A stretch of DNA of 64,000 bases. Origin: Eutreptiella sp. 'Long Island Sound 2002'. Lineage: Eukaryota; Protista; Euglenida. Under the pieces are notes generated by a model, which made no database searches, had not been told where the DNA came from, and saw nothing but the letters and a program-made list of their open reading frames with translations. The position numbers were made by a program, and so were the translations under genes. The stretch lies in assembly GCA_964036045.1 (NCBI GenBank), contig OZ038378.1, positions 13,082,001 to 13,146,000 of the forward strand. Direction: 5' to 3'. This document shows, one piece after another, positions 22,914 to 34,964 of this stretch. The first letter of the stretch is position 1, and each line of letters starts with the position of its first letter.

Positions 22914-24224
22914 TCAAGCGACGACCGCGACGAGAGAACGACAAACCTCATTCCCAAAGGACGGCCCCGCACAGGACGCACTCCCACACACCTCCTCTGC
23001 AAAGGCCGGCAGATCTTCAGGATTCAAAGGCTTCCCCCCGCCTTTGCGCAGCTGCCGCCGCGCATGCCTTAGGATGTGTTCCTCATTGAACGCACCGGTC
23101 ATGAACCTCCACCAGCCCTTCTGCGGGTTCATGACCACCACCGCGGGCATGTTTCCCGCTGCGCCGAAATGCTGCGCCAGCGCCGCCTGCTGCGCTCCGT
23201 CGACCCAAACGAACCGCATCTCTGCGCCGTCCTCGTGGAGGCGCCGATACGGCTTTTGAAGCACCCGCAGGTACTCTTTGTGCTGCACGAGATCCGCTTG
23301 AGGGTCCAGCCAGGCTACCAGTGTAATACCCCCCTGGGCCAATACCTCCCCCCAGGCCTCGGCCGTGTGTATGCGCTCTGTGGGGTTCAAGCGCCGCCGC
23401 TCCTGCTCCGCGTCCAACCGCTGCTTATGCTCTGCCACCTCCTGTAGGCTCACCGCGTGCGCGTCCAAGAACTCTTCCAGTGGATCCCACTTCATGGGCC
23501 CCTTGTACAGCACGGGCTGGGCCTCCGAATCCGCCAGCACCAGCAGCGTGGGTAACGTCTTGATGGAGTACCGCTCGACCAAGGCGGCCCCCTTTCCCCG
23601 CCGCACCTCCCCGAGCCTCAGCCGGCCTAGGAAATGCATCGACAACCCCAGATACAGCGGGGGCGTCTTCTTCGGGTTCGTCGTGAACAGGATGGCCTTG
23701 GGCGTGTCCAGTTTGCTGGCGTTGGAGGGGGCGCCCAGAAACGCCGTCAGGTTGCTCTCGGTGCTGATCCCGTGGACGAAGTCCTCCGGGAGCTGCCCGT
23801 GGGCCCAGCTCACGATGTGGTCCACCGCAAACTTCCCCTCATACCCAACGGACGGCAACTTCTTCTTGTTTGTGGCGTGGGCGAGGAAGCCGAAGACCTG
23901 CGGGAACTTGTACATCCCCAGGTACTGCGTCAGCTTGTTGCCGAACGGGGTATTCTTGTCCACAGCACCGACTTTGATGTAGCCCTTGACCTCCGTGGCC
24001 ACTCCCTCCCACACAAAGTACGTGGCGTCGCGCACGTCTTGGTCCTTTTCCCGGCCGTCGTATATCAAAACGGTCCAAAAGTACTGACCGCCGATGGCGC
24101 CACTTTTCCAAATTGTCTGGTCGAGGATGTAGACCAGGCTGGAGGCATTTTTGTGGAAGGGCACAGGTGCACTAGGGACACCAACAACCATTAATAGCAG
24201 CAGCAGCAGCCCAAACGACCTCAT
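22914..24224 (-). CDS. PDI-like (P5/PDIA6-type) multi-thioredoxin-fold secretory protein lacking CxxC
   Basis: Signal peptide MRSFGLLLLLLMVVGVPSAP from ATG 24224. Trx-fold patterns IKVGAVD, YKFPQVFGF, KAILFT..K.TPPLYLGLSMHF, YSIKTLPTLLVL, RFVWVDGAQQ..LAQHFG...PAVVVMNP. Pyrimidine-rich AG at 24284-24283. The last ~25 codons may be intron (GAG/GTGTGT near 22990). Confidence 0.82.
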   Translation of the reverse strand: MRSFGLLLLLLMVVGVPSAPVPFHKNASSLVYILDQTIWKSGAIGGQYFWTVLIYDGREKDQDVRDATYFVWEGVATEVKGYIKVGAVDKNTPFGNKLTQYLGMYKFPQVFGFLAHATNKKKLPSVGYEGKFAVDHIVSWAHGQLPEDFVHGISTESNLTAFLGAPSNASKLDTPKAILFTTNPKKTPPLYLGLSMHFLGRLRLGEVRRGKGAALVERYSIKTLPTLLVLADSEAQPVLYKGPMKWDPLEEFLDAHAVSLQEVAEHKQRLDAEQERRRLNPTERIHTAEAWGEVLAQGGITLVAWLDPQADLVQHKEYLRVLQKPYRRLHEDGAEMRFVWVDGAQQAALAQHFGAAGNMPAVVVMNPQKGWWRFMTGAFNEEHILRHARRQLRKGGGKPLNPEDLPAFAEEVCGSASCAGPSFGNEVCRSLVAVVA

Positions 24225-25134
24225 TTCGTGAGCAGAGTTAAGTTGCAATGGGTGGATCTCAAAAGATTGGGTGCATGCAGACCTGCGAAAAATGGGGTTG
24301 GGGGCGTTGTAGGGATGTGTTGAAACGGGGGGGGTATCCCATAGGGAGACCGCAATGCAGCCGTCCTCTTCCTTTCCCAACTACTCTAACCTGCAAACTG
24401 TTTTGTTGACCCCATCCTACCGCATTCCCGATTCTGACCGCCCAAATTCGCTCATTTGGGACCTGCGCGCAAGGGATCCATCGTCATCCTATGCTGTATA
24501 CACCGCAATCTGAATGCAAGTGGTTGGAGATGCACCAAAGGCGCTAGAACTTTTTTCACTTCCTACAGCTTCAACTTTTGGTTGCTCTGCAAGGGAGAGG
24601 GGGGTTGAATCCAAGGAGATGAGATCTCCTCCTTGCACATTGTCTCTTTTGAACTATCGGTTCATCGATACGAACATTGTCGATGAGTATTGGTGCAAAC
24701 GTCCCAAAGAAGTGCGTACAACACAAGACGGAGCACAGCTCAACAATGTCAAAAACACATAATCTGCGAAAATCACATGACCGTAACTTTGTGTTATTCA
24801 CCACTTAGAATCGCCAAACTAGACTAGACCCCCTAGGCTCAACAACCTAGGCTCAAAAGAGTCCACCGGGGGGGCTCTAGAGCCTAAAAAAACGACTTTT
24901 CCCGAAATCGTTCCTGGATCCCATGGGAGCGCCAAACAAGCATTTTTAGCTCGTTTCGAGCCCATGCAATCCAGTTTGGCCCTCGGAGAAACCCAAAAGG
25001 CATTGAAACTGGGTTGGCAGTAGACGAATAATGGAGAATAAGAAGAATATACGATAATAATACAGGAGTAACCAACATAGGAGAAATGGGCTGACACAAT
25101 GGACCGAGAGTGACTATTCATCGCATTCTCCCTC

Positions 25135-25631
25135 CCCTTGAGTACCACTTTTTACCCGGTGCAAAGTATTTTTGCCCGGTTGCCGCACATTTCTCAATAA
25201 CATGGAAGAGGCGGGAGGTTGACGTTTCGTTGTGCATTTGCACACAAAGAACATTAGCAACAGGGGTTTGTCGACACTTGAAATGGTGCACGAGCCCAGG
25301 ATGATCCTTGGTTAACCCATGAAAAACCTCATGTGTCACATGAGATGCCCACTCCGGCAGCTTGCCCCAAAGTGCACGATACACGCTGAATACGAGGAAT
25401 CATTGGGTCACACAGAATCTCCTCATTGTGAAGCAGGGGAAAGAAAACGAATTTAGAAGGCGTTGAACCAACTTCCGAAACGTTTTGGCGAGATGCCATT
25501 GTTTCACGGCATATTGTGCATACTACGTTCATCGGACTTGCCCCAAATCCCGCAGCCGCCCTTCCGTGGTACTAAAAGGGCGGCAACCAAGCAAAAATAC
25601 TTGGCACCGGGTAGCAAGTGCTACTCAAGGG
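25135..25631. mobile_element. MITE-like element (497 bp) with ~52-bp imperfect terminal inverted repeats starting CCCTTGAGTA
   Basis: Left CCCTTGAGTACCACTTTTTACCCGGTGCAAAGTATTTTTGCCCGGTTGCCGC mirrors right GCGGCAACCAAGCAAAAATACTTGGCACCGGGTAGCAAGTGCTACTCAAGGG. No TSD seen. Confidence 0.7.
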
Positions 25632-26415
25632 ATAGTCTCAACCCCCCATCCCCCTAATGTTACCATGCCATATGCCATGAGCCATGAGACAATCTTCATA
25701 TGAAACTGGAAAAAGTGTGATGTTGTCGTTCAGTTCAAAGTAAACTTTGAATATCTATGTTTCCCGGTAAGAACGTATGTGCCCTTTAAAAAGGAGCACA
25801 TGAAAGTGCACACTATAAATGTTGCAGTGGGTTCGCCAGTCAATGTTTACTTCGGGGGGGAACCATCACTCGATCCTGCCATATATCTTGCCATATATTT
25901 GTTGCGCGGCACCGAAATTGCTTGCGAGGGCATATTTGAGAAAGGGATGTCAATGCGTGTCCCACTTGATGTTTGGTCCAAACCCACACAATAGGTCTAC
26001 CCCAAAGACACAAGAGATGGTGCGTCTTGTATCGGCTGGTTTTTAGAAGTGGAATGTAGCAATTCTGGTGGGAACTGTCCCACTTGTCCCACTTTAAATG
26101 AAAGGACATCCTATGGATTGCTCCGAATCAACATTCAGCGGTTCTTGGAGGCTGGAGACCGAATGCCGCCGGGAGCCATTCAAGTTCATCCAAGTTACAA
26201 ATTGTTTGGATATCTGGTTTCCAGACACCACACTCTTTGTTCAATTCACTCCATTTGGGAATGAGGCCTTTTTGGATTGCTGGGGGCACGCCAAAGTACT
26301 GTGGAGTTGGACGTCTGGAAGGAATGATTTGTGCTTGAACCGTGTGGCGCTTTCGTGCACCCACCTTCCGTGTGCAGGTCTTTTTGGGTGAGGCCTTCAG
26401 TTACCTATGCTATAG

Positions 26416-28239
26416 ATGCGACCTTCATCAACAGCCTCCGTTGGGAGGCTGGCCTCAGGTTCCGATGGCGGCCCTGCTGGTGAAGCAGAGGCCCGGTGGA
26501 CCACACCGACCACAGAGAAGGGGCGAGCTGCTGCGGAACGGGACCGTGGAGAAAAGGGGAACCGCGTGCAGGTGGCCGTTCGTATCAGACCTATGACGAA
26601 AGCCGACGGGGGCAATGCAGATCAATCCGTTGTGTCGGATGGCCACTTTGGTGTGAAGATTGAACGACCAGGAGAAAAGGCGAAAGATTTCTCATACGAC
26701 TATGTTTTCACTCAAACGCAGGAGGAAGTTTGGGATTGCATTGGCAAACCCATGCTAGCCGACGCGTACGATGGGTACAACGTGACCCTCTTTGCCTACG
26801 GCCAAACGGGCTCCGGAAAAACCTACAGTGTGATGGGAGACAGCCCCAACCCGGGTATCATACCTCGCTTTTGCAGTGCCATGATGGGTCTAGCTCAAGA
26901 CAAGTTGCAGTCCGATTCGTCGCTCTCAATCAAGATAACCATGACATACATCGAAATCTACAACGAAAAGGTTCGGGACTTGTTGGAGAAGAAGAAGCCA
27001 GGTCAGGCGGAGTTGACAGAACTGACCCTCCATGAGGCCAAAGATAAGAAGGTCTTCGTCGATGGAGCATCCACGCACACGATCTTGACACTGGACCGTG
27101 TTAATGCGTTGTTGGAGCAAGGGAAAGCCCAACGCCAAACTTCAGAGACAAATATGAACGAAACGTCGTCACGGTCGCATTCTGTCGTCATATTTAACCT
27201 ATCGCAAACACACGACCCGCCGAATCCTGAGGTACGAGACGTGGAGAGCGCAATTTACATTGTGGACTTGGCGGGCAGCGAAAGGCAGAGCAAGACAGGG
27301 GCCGAGGGGCAGCGCTTTGAAGAAGCCAAAAAAATCAACTTGTCTTTGTTGACGTTGGGTAGGGCGTTGAATTCTTTCTCTGAAGGGAAAGGCCCTCCTC
27401 CTGTCCGAGAGTCAAAGCTGACGAGACTGCTATCGGAAAGTTTTGGTGGGAATGCACGCACGTGGATGTTGGCTTGCGTGAGCCCAAGTGTTTTCAACTA
27501 CACCGAAACAATGTCGACGCTGCTTTACGCATCGAACGCCAAGAATATCATCAACCACGCGAAAATTAATGCAATGGCGCAGCGACTGGAGCTGCAACAA
27601 CTGAAGAAACAATACAGCCAGCTGGAGACGCTCTTTCACAACGAGAAAGAGAAATCTAAGCAACTGCAAATGGAATTGCAGGAGCGCTCGAGGCAAGTGC
27701 AAACAATGAAGGAGGAAGTTGAGACGCTGAAGGCGCAACTAGAAGGCCGACCCCCAAAGCAGGACCCGGAAGGAGCACCCCTGTTTGTTGGTCGGGCGAA
27801 GCTATCGCTGAAAAATATCATTCAGCAAATCAGCAGTTACAACACACTGCCACTTGTCACTGATAATCCAGACAACGATGGTGCTGCACTTATGGTCAAC
27901 ACTTTCCCTGTCCTGGACAAAGAGAGAGTGCACGTCGAATACGACGATGTCCAAGAGGGGTTGAAAGCGCTGCTTGGTAAGAGACTGGACTTGGTTGTCC
28001 ACGTCATCTCAGCGAAAAACATACCACAAGCATACGCTTCGCGAGTATATTGCAAGTATGTGTTCAAATATAAAGAGAGACAGGTGTTCCAAAGTGAAGT
28101 GAAGATCGACACGTCGGAGCCCGATTTTGATTACAAAAAGAGATTCGCCTGGAGTGATTTGTCGCTGGAGCAAGCTGAGTATTTAATGAGCGACAACGTG
28201 TTGACTTTCGAAGTTATCGGACATCCAGCGGCCGAGTGA
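26416..28239 (+). CDS. Kinesin motor protein (kinesin-3/Unc104-like) with coiled coil and C-terminal C2-like domain; intronless, 607 aa
   Basis: VQVAVRIRP, GYNVTLFAYGQTGSGKT (P-loop), YIEIYNEKVRDLL, NETSSRSH (switch I), IVDLAGSER (switch II), ESKLTRLL; C2-like LDLVVHVISAKNIP...VYCKYVF...PDFDYKKRF...LTFEVIGH. Subfamily assignment is inference. Confidence 0.96.
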   Translation: MRPSSTASVGRLASGSDGGPAGEAEARWTTPTTEKGRAAAERDRGEKGNRVQVAVRIRPMTKADGGNADQSVVSDGHFGVKIERPGEKAKDFSYDYVFTQTQEEVWDCIGKPMLADAYDGYNVTLFAYGQTGSGKTYSVMGDSPNPGIIPRFCSAMMGLAQDKLQSDSSLSIKITMTYIEIYNEKVRDLLEKKKPGQAELTELTLHEAKDKKVFVDGASTHTILTLDRVNALLEQGKAQRQTSETNMNETSSRSHSVVIFNLSQTHDPPNPEVRDVESAIYIVDLAGSERQSKTGAEGQRFEEAKKINLSLLTLGRALNSFSEGKGPPPVRESKLTRLLSESFGGNARTWMLACVSPSVFNYTETMSTLLYASNAKNIINHAKINAMAQRLELQQLKKQYSQLETLFHNEKEKSKQLQMELQERSRQVQTMKEEVETLKAQLEGRPPKQDPEGAPLFVGRAKLSLKNIIQQISSYNTLPLVTDNPDNDGAALMVNTFPVLDKERVHVEYDDVQEGLKALLGKRLDLVVHVISAKNIPQAYASRVYCKYVFKYKERQVFQSEVKIDTSEPDFDYKKRFAWSDLSLEQAEYLMSDNVLTFEVIGHPAAE

Positions 28240-31200
28240 GCTGTGCGAACGTAAATGTGCCTAAGTCTGTTTGTAACTCAACCTTTTTCAAGGACATTTT
28301 GTTTTTATGGTTCCACGGCCACTTTCTGTGACTAGGGCAACTTTGGTTCGCCCTGGGCACGTGAATATATGCCTGTCTAATTTTCCGAGGGAGCATACCC
28401 TCCCCGGAATTTGTGAGAGTCTCCTCTGGGACTTGTGGGACTTGTAGAATCTGTTTCTTTTGCCTGGGCAACCCCTATTATCGATTTCGGCGTGGGGGTG
28501 TGTGTGGGTGTGTCCCACGCAACGCTCAGGGCAATTTGCAAGGTTCCCCAGTGTATCATAAGTGCGTGCGGGTGAGTGTATGTGTGGGTGGATGGGTGTG
28601 TGCGTGGGGGGGGGGGGAGGGGGACGTGTGGGTGTGGGTGGGTGGGCCAGCGTTGGTGTCGATATTTTCCGATGCCTGTTTCAATTTAATGCTTAAATCG
28701 AGGGTACTGGTTCTTCCTTTTTGGGATGGAGTGGAGGTCATGAACGATGCATGGTTTGATAACAACAGATGCAAACCCATGCACTCAGATGAACTGCTTC
28801 CCAACGCAAATTGCACCAAATTTCCAGGCATCAGCTTTTGGACTCTACAGTTCCTCCGTGACCTTTCCAAGTTTGCACACCATTTTATTTTGGTTTTGTT
28901 TTAGTTTTCTGCTTGGTCACGAAGATGCCAACCTGGTTTGCGGTTTTCGACCTGTTGCATTCAGCACAGGCAAACTGGGGTCCACTGGGTTGTTCGGTTC
29001 ATCTCAGACCTGGCCACCTTTCACGCATCCCCACCCAGTGCTAGTAAGGGCTGTATGCTGAAACTACATCGCATTTTGTCTCAAAAAGGATCCATGTGTC
29101 AGATTGGTGCAGTTGCGTCAGCATCGCTGCCAGTGACATACACACCAAAGAAGCTGCTGCAAGGCTGCACACTTGGGTGTCCCAATCTTTTGGAGCGTTG
29201 GAAGCTGCTGCAAGATCAATTTGGGTTCCCAAAAATTTCTTTTCAGTGATTCATTTGGACCCTGCGGCCGTCTTTTGATTGGCCTCCCGCTTACATGACC
29301 GTCTTCAGTGCGCATGGAGACACTCGATCCAACGCCCTAAACCAGCATAAACAATGGAACACCAACAATGCAACACCAATTGCTTGCAATAATGTTACCA
29401 GTAAGAGTCATTGCGCACATAAGCATTTGTTTGCGTTTTTCCACTGGGTGCTGTACCCCACCTGCAATTTTCACTTCCAACCTTCATTTTCAAGAATGCA
29501 GATGGATGCCCTGCTGTCCTTGTAGTTTGAGTCGTTATGGGTGTTCTGGGAATGATTGAACACCCAATCTGAAGGGAAGGATGAATTCGTAGAATACGGT
29601 TGGCTTGTTGCTTGTTGCCCGTTACAGAAGGCCAAATTGCCGTAGTGCAAGGTGGAGTGCTCTGCCTGGAATTGAGGGAGGTGCGGTTCTCAATGGCATG
29701 GAAAGTTTCCACTGCAGCTGCTCGAATATTCAGTGTTAGCGACAACTTTCTTGAGCTGCCTTGACCAAGAGGATTTCACGTGGGAGTGCATGGAGGGGTT
29801 GTTTTTGGACATTGGTGGAGGTTCACCCAGATGAATATGGCTTGGTGTTGATGATCTCGCTTTCTGGCACATTTTGTGGGAGTTGTGCCCCTCCCCCTTT
29901 GGTCAGACAAATACTGTCGCTCTAGACTCTACAGTGGGGCCTTGGTTGGACAACCAGCCACCTAATGCACAGCACTGCCTAGGCCCCACAGCAGCCTTGA
30001 TAGGACATGGGCAGTGAATCCGTGAAACAACTGTGAAACAACTGGCAACGTGCCCGAACATGCTGCGCACCACTGATGGGTAACACCTGGTGATCCGGAA
30101 CCCCCTGTCCCCGTTTTGCATTTCCCACATCAGTGGTGTTGAACACCCTCCAACTTTCACTGTCTTGGGAAAGACTTTGTGGGGAGCATGCCGGCGTCGG
30201 CATGGGAGGGACATCAAGGGGCAGAAGCAGAGCAGGACAACTGTCCCACTCGAAGGCAGTAAAAATAGTTTCTCCTAGGCTGTTAGGTAGCACAGCAGGC
30301 TGCCCATCTCTTGCAGCTTTTTGGACCTGCCCCATTTTCCCTCAACCCCATGGACGGGCAACCCTCCTCAAAACTGAACGCGTACATGCACCCAGAAGTA
30401 CCAACTGGCATACTCTTTCAGCCTTTGTGGTAACCCCCACCCCCCAAAAGGAACAACAAAAAAAAGCAAGTCAAAACAATGTACTGTGAGTCGTGGCTAT
30501 GAGCATGTGCCTGTGTCACGGGGGTTTTTGCGAGCTCAGTCTCCGTTGCTCATGGCCAAAGGAACAACATGACGGCCGACATCATGTTCTCCTTGCCATC
30601 CCAGGAGTTTCCAGGAGGTAAAAAAGCGAAAGATTTTCGGTTCTTGCTTTCGTTGCGTTTCGTGTGCAGACAAAACTTCGGTGCTGAGGTGCACAAGGGG
30701 TATTTTTGCAATGAGTCGGAGTTTCTGTGTACGATGTGTTGTATTGAGTGAATTCACATGTGCAACAGTTTGTGGATGCGGCCGAGGATGGGGCAAGTTT
30801 TAGAGTGGGGATGGTGGGTGCAAGGGAATGTATCATTCAGTGCAATGCCCATGCAAGGTCTAGACGCTCCGAGAGGCGGAATTACATGGTATTTATTTGG
30901 CTGCCAAGGTTGCCGCCTCTCAGAAGTGCAAGGCAGTGGCCATAGGGAGCTGTCTCGCCAGCTAGTGACTACTCAACATGCGTCCATAGACGCAATGGTG
31001 CAGTAGCGCAGTCTTCATAGGCTAGTCCGGCTCCGTATGTGGATCAGGCTGCGGGTGATGTTCTTTATGGTCAATAGCGAGCCAAACCCCGACGACACCA
31101 TAAGTGTATGTGGATCAGGCTGCGGGTGATGTTCTGCAGGGTCAGTAGCGAGCTAACCTCAATGACACCATAAGCAGAACCCCCACATTTTCCACCAAGT

Positions 31201-32090
31201 CAGGCAGCCGAGGCTCGATAATGGGAGAGAATACATGCAACAAAATTGGAGTGGCGCCATGGGACATTCGAGGGCAAGGGGGTGGGGTAACAAGTTGTGG
31301 GGGGGGGGGGGGGGGGCAGACGTGCGGTACTCGCCTTTGCTCATGGGAACAATGCCGAGTCGTCCAGAAGCTGACGTGTGTTGCAGCTAGTGTTGCATAG
31401 CATCGTAGTAATATCAGTTCTACACCCTCCCCTTCACAACACTCCATCCATCCACTAGACCTCTCTCCGTCTCTCCCAGCATGTTTATTTTAGAGCCCCT
31501 CCCGTCTAGATCTCGTATAGTGCCATGTGCAAGAACCACTGGAATAACGGCTGAAATTGTCTAAGGCGGGGTCATTCGGTCGATCGGTACCAACCATTGA
31601 TCCCCCAAAAGAGTCTAGATCTCGTGTAGCGTCTAGGGAGAGAGAACGTCAAACTCTACCGAAGCCGGAGCCAATTGTCACATGTGTAGGGCTGAGTGTC
31701 TAGAAGTCGACCCATGTTGTTGCCATTGTTGCATGTCGGGAGGGAGTGCAGAATGGAACCATTGCAAAGGGGTTGTGTACAAAAGGAAAGAAGTGGAAAT
31801 TAATCAAATCACACAGTTTTCTCTCCATGCTCATGCCATGGTAGAAAATGTGTACCAAGGGTGACCTAGGATAAACACATAAGGCATCCGAGTTGACAAA
31901 CATCAACATGACCATTAGGGACACAACAACATAGAAAAATATATGATAGAAAGAAAGATGCAGTTGCAAGTACCCCCCCCCCCCCTCTTGGCAAGTAAAA
32001 GTGGACAAAAAGAAAGTGGTCCCTGAGAAAGTGGAGCCGCCGGTGGAGGTAATGCCCCTAGACTTTGGAAGATGGGGCTTTTTGGAGTAG

Positions 32091-32245
32091 ATGGGAGTGA
32101 GCAATGCACCCACTGAGGAAGAGGTCAAAGCAGCATACAAGAAATGGGTGTTACAGTTGCACCCAAACAAAGAGTAGGAGCAATGTGGCCAAAGCTACCC
32201 AACTCTTCAAGGGGCCGAACCCCGGCTACGAAGCATGGAAAAAAG
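32091..32245 (+). pseudogene. Degenerate DnaJ J-domain fragment
   Basis: MGVSNAPTEEEVKAAYKKWVLQLHPNK, frameshift, then SNVAKATQLFKGPNPGYEAW; matches J-domain helices I-III with HPD changed to HPN. Confidence 0.55.
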
Positions 32246-33144
32246 TGCCAGTCAAGGTGCCGCCGCCATCAAAGGGGGCAAGATCATAGAGGAAAAGCAG
32301 AGGAGAGGGTGGGCATCGGACTACCCGGTCTCGGGGACCAATATGTATTTATTGGGACCAGATGAGGTCTACCAAGTGAGAGTGGTGGCTTCAAGCATAT
32401 GGGTGCCGAAGGAGAGGATTTGGGTGCCGGAGGTATGCATCACAAGAGAAGGTATCAATGTATTAGTGGATGACCTAACGAGGTTGGTGTACAACCTTCA
32501 CACGGCCAAAATGATGGCCGCGCATGCGGTGGTACAAAGGGTAGGAGCCGGCTCCATCACGCAACATGCAAAGCAGCGACAAGTGGCCCAACCCTCATTT
32601 TCTATTGCAACACAAACTCCCACCCATCACCCTGCAATGTCCCGCCGCCACCCACCCACCCCACCACACCCACCACTCTACACCACCCACTACCCACCCA
32701 CCACACCAAATGGCACCCATGCCATGCATGCAAGTGAACGGAGGCACAATTCACACACCGCAAACACAAGGAGGGGGGAAGGGGGCACATGATGCGATTG
32801 CCACAAGGAGGACTGAGCGCGGGCATGGACAGGTGGAAGTTTGTTATGTGCCCTCGTTGGGGAAGTGACCCTGCACCTGGACATCCTAGGGCCCGAAAAG
32901 CCGCCATCGGGGAGAGGTTCCCCGTTGCTGGTATGGAGTGTCCATTTAAGTGCACCTGGCCAATGGCAAGGGCAGTTGCCCTCCTCTGAGTGGACCCAAC
33001 ACTGAGCAGTGAAACAGGGAAAGTCTGGGAGTAGTGCTTTTTTTAAGTGAATACTGTTGCACCCTGCCGTACCACTCATTCCGCCTGCCAATTTGAAGGT
33101 TCCATGTGTTGTTGAGAATCATCAGTCTTCGCTTCTGGTGCTGC

Positions 33145-33195
33145 ACCGTGTCTGTGTGTGTGTGTGTGTGTACGTGTGTGTGTTTGTGTGTGTCG
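33145..33195. repeat. Imperfect (TG)n microsatellite
   Basis: Directly visible. Confidence 0.9.
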
Positions 33196-34964
33196 TGTGG
33201 ATGCTCTGTGCAGTGGGTTCTGCTGACCGGGGGAAAGGGAAAGTAGAGAGGTAAAGATAGGCCAAGGAGGGAGGTCGCAAGGTGGTGAGAGGCCGATGGG
33301 CGCTGCCGCCTATGGAGGGCCAAGGGATGGGCAGTGGTAAGTGGCGATTTGCCAATGGGCGCCGCCAGCTGCAGACCACGACACACCCAAGTGTCATGCC
33401 AAACCTTCCCCTCGCACAAGCACCACCCTTGCGCAAGCACCACCACCCGTTTTCACCGTCATTTTTGAACCATGTCCTATTGCCCATTCAAAATCTCCCC
33501 CCTTTTGCGCTAGTGGTTTGACACAGTGGTTTGAGAGGGCCTCTTCACCAGGTAAAATCTCTGGAAACATCAAAAAGGTGCTGCATCGTGTGCGCACCCC
33601 TGTGCAATAACACCCCCCAAATGGCATGTACTGCAGTGTGTCCTCCATAATGTTTTTTTTTTGCATCATGCATTCAGCTGTTGGGATGTTGGGCAGGGAG
33701 CAAGGGAGCAGTGAGAAATCTTGTTTTTCAGTGCAAGCAATGCATGCTGCAAAATCAGTAACCTAATAATCTTTGTAGTGTCCATTTGGTTTGAGTACAT
33801 CAACACTTCCACAGGCGGAAGCACCACGATGTCCAAAAAACGGAAGAGTTTTTGTGAATCACAGTCAAGGAGCTTACTGAATCGCTGTGGACCAGTCTTT
33901 CAACTGGCTTGCCATTCGCAACCAGGCCACACAGTGGGGTCAGGCATGTCACAAAAGACTGCAAGCCACAATGCAAGAGGGCAGCAAGCTCTGGCCAAGG
34001 AAAATGGTGTGTTGCTGTGCATGAATTGCAGTCTGCTCTCACTTGCACCTCTAGACTCTGTGGGGGTTGGTCAGGGATGTATGGTACCCCCCCTCCCCGT
34101 TGCAAACCCCCCCCCCCCCCTTGCAATCTCCCCCCCACCCGGGAGACCGTCACTTCCATGTTTTTCTAGTTAACATGTATTGTGCTGGTTTGTGTTGCCC
34201 ATCTGCTTTATGCATGGCCTTGCATTGCTTTCCCATTACTTCAAATCAAGCACCTGTGTGTGTGTTCTGTGATATTCTCTCTCAAAGGCGTTGTATGGGT
34301 GTGTTGTGTTGACCCAGGATGTTTTCTCCCGTTGACCATGTATGGTACCACTCACGCACACTCAGTGCACATGTGTTGGCCACTGTTGTGGGGCCTTCGC
34401 CAAATGGGCCGCAGTTTTGCCACATTGGGTACATACGCCCTAGTGGGGTCACTCTGGTGGATCATGAGAGTGCTCAACTCTCAAGGCTAGAGGCTGTGGC
34501 GATGGTAGCGATGCCATTGTGCAATTCACGGGCAGTCCCACCCGACCGAAACGTCCCCGGTCTCCCACCGTTGCCGTCTCCCCCCCCCCCCCCCCGGGGA
34601 GACCGTCACTTGGCGACCGTCTCCCCCCCCCCCACCCGGGAGACCGTTGCGCGCTAACCCGGGAGTTTGCAGGGGGGGGCGGGGGGTAGCTGTCGCATGC
34701 AGCATGTCACGATCTCTGATTGGAGAAAGGATCATTCTTGTGCCTCGAAGCAAAGCAACACAATAAATTTGATGATACCAAAGCAGCAGCAGGAATTTAT
34801 CACTGCACCTTCAGTACTGCAATGGTCATGATTTGGTAGATAGCCCCAAGGAATCAGTGTGCTGTCAATCGATTGAGCAAGTGAGAACCCCTAATTGACA
34901 CGTTGAGCGCCGATGAGATTTGGCCATGTGTGTTGCAACTCATATTTGCGAAACACACTCCCAA

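Noticed and set aside
24225-24380. N-terminal extension of the 488-aa ORF call
   Set aside because: It lies upstream of the signal-peptide Met and spans a likely splice acceptor at 24284-24283.
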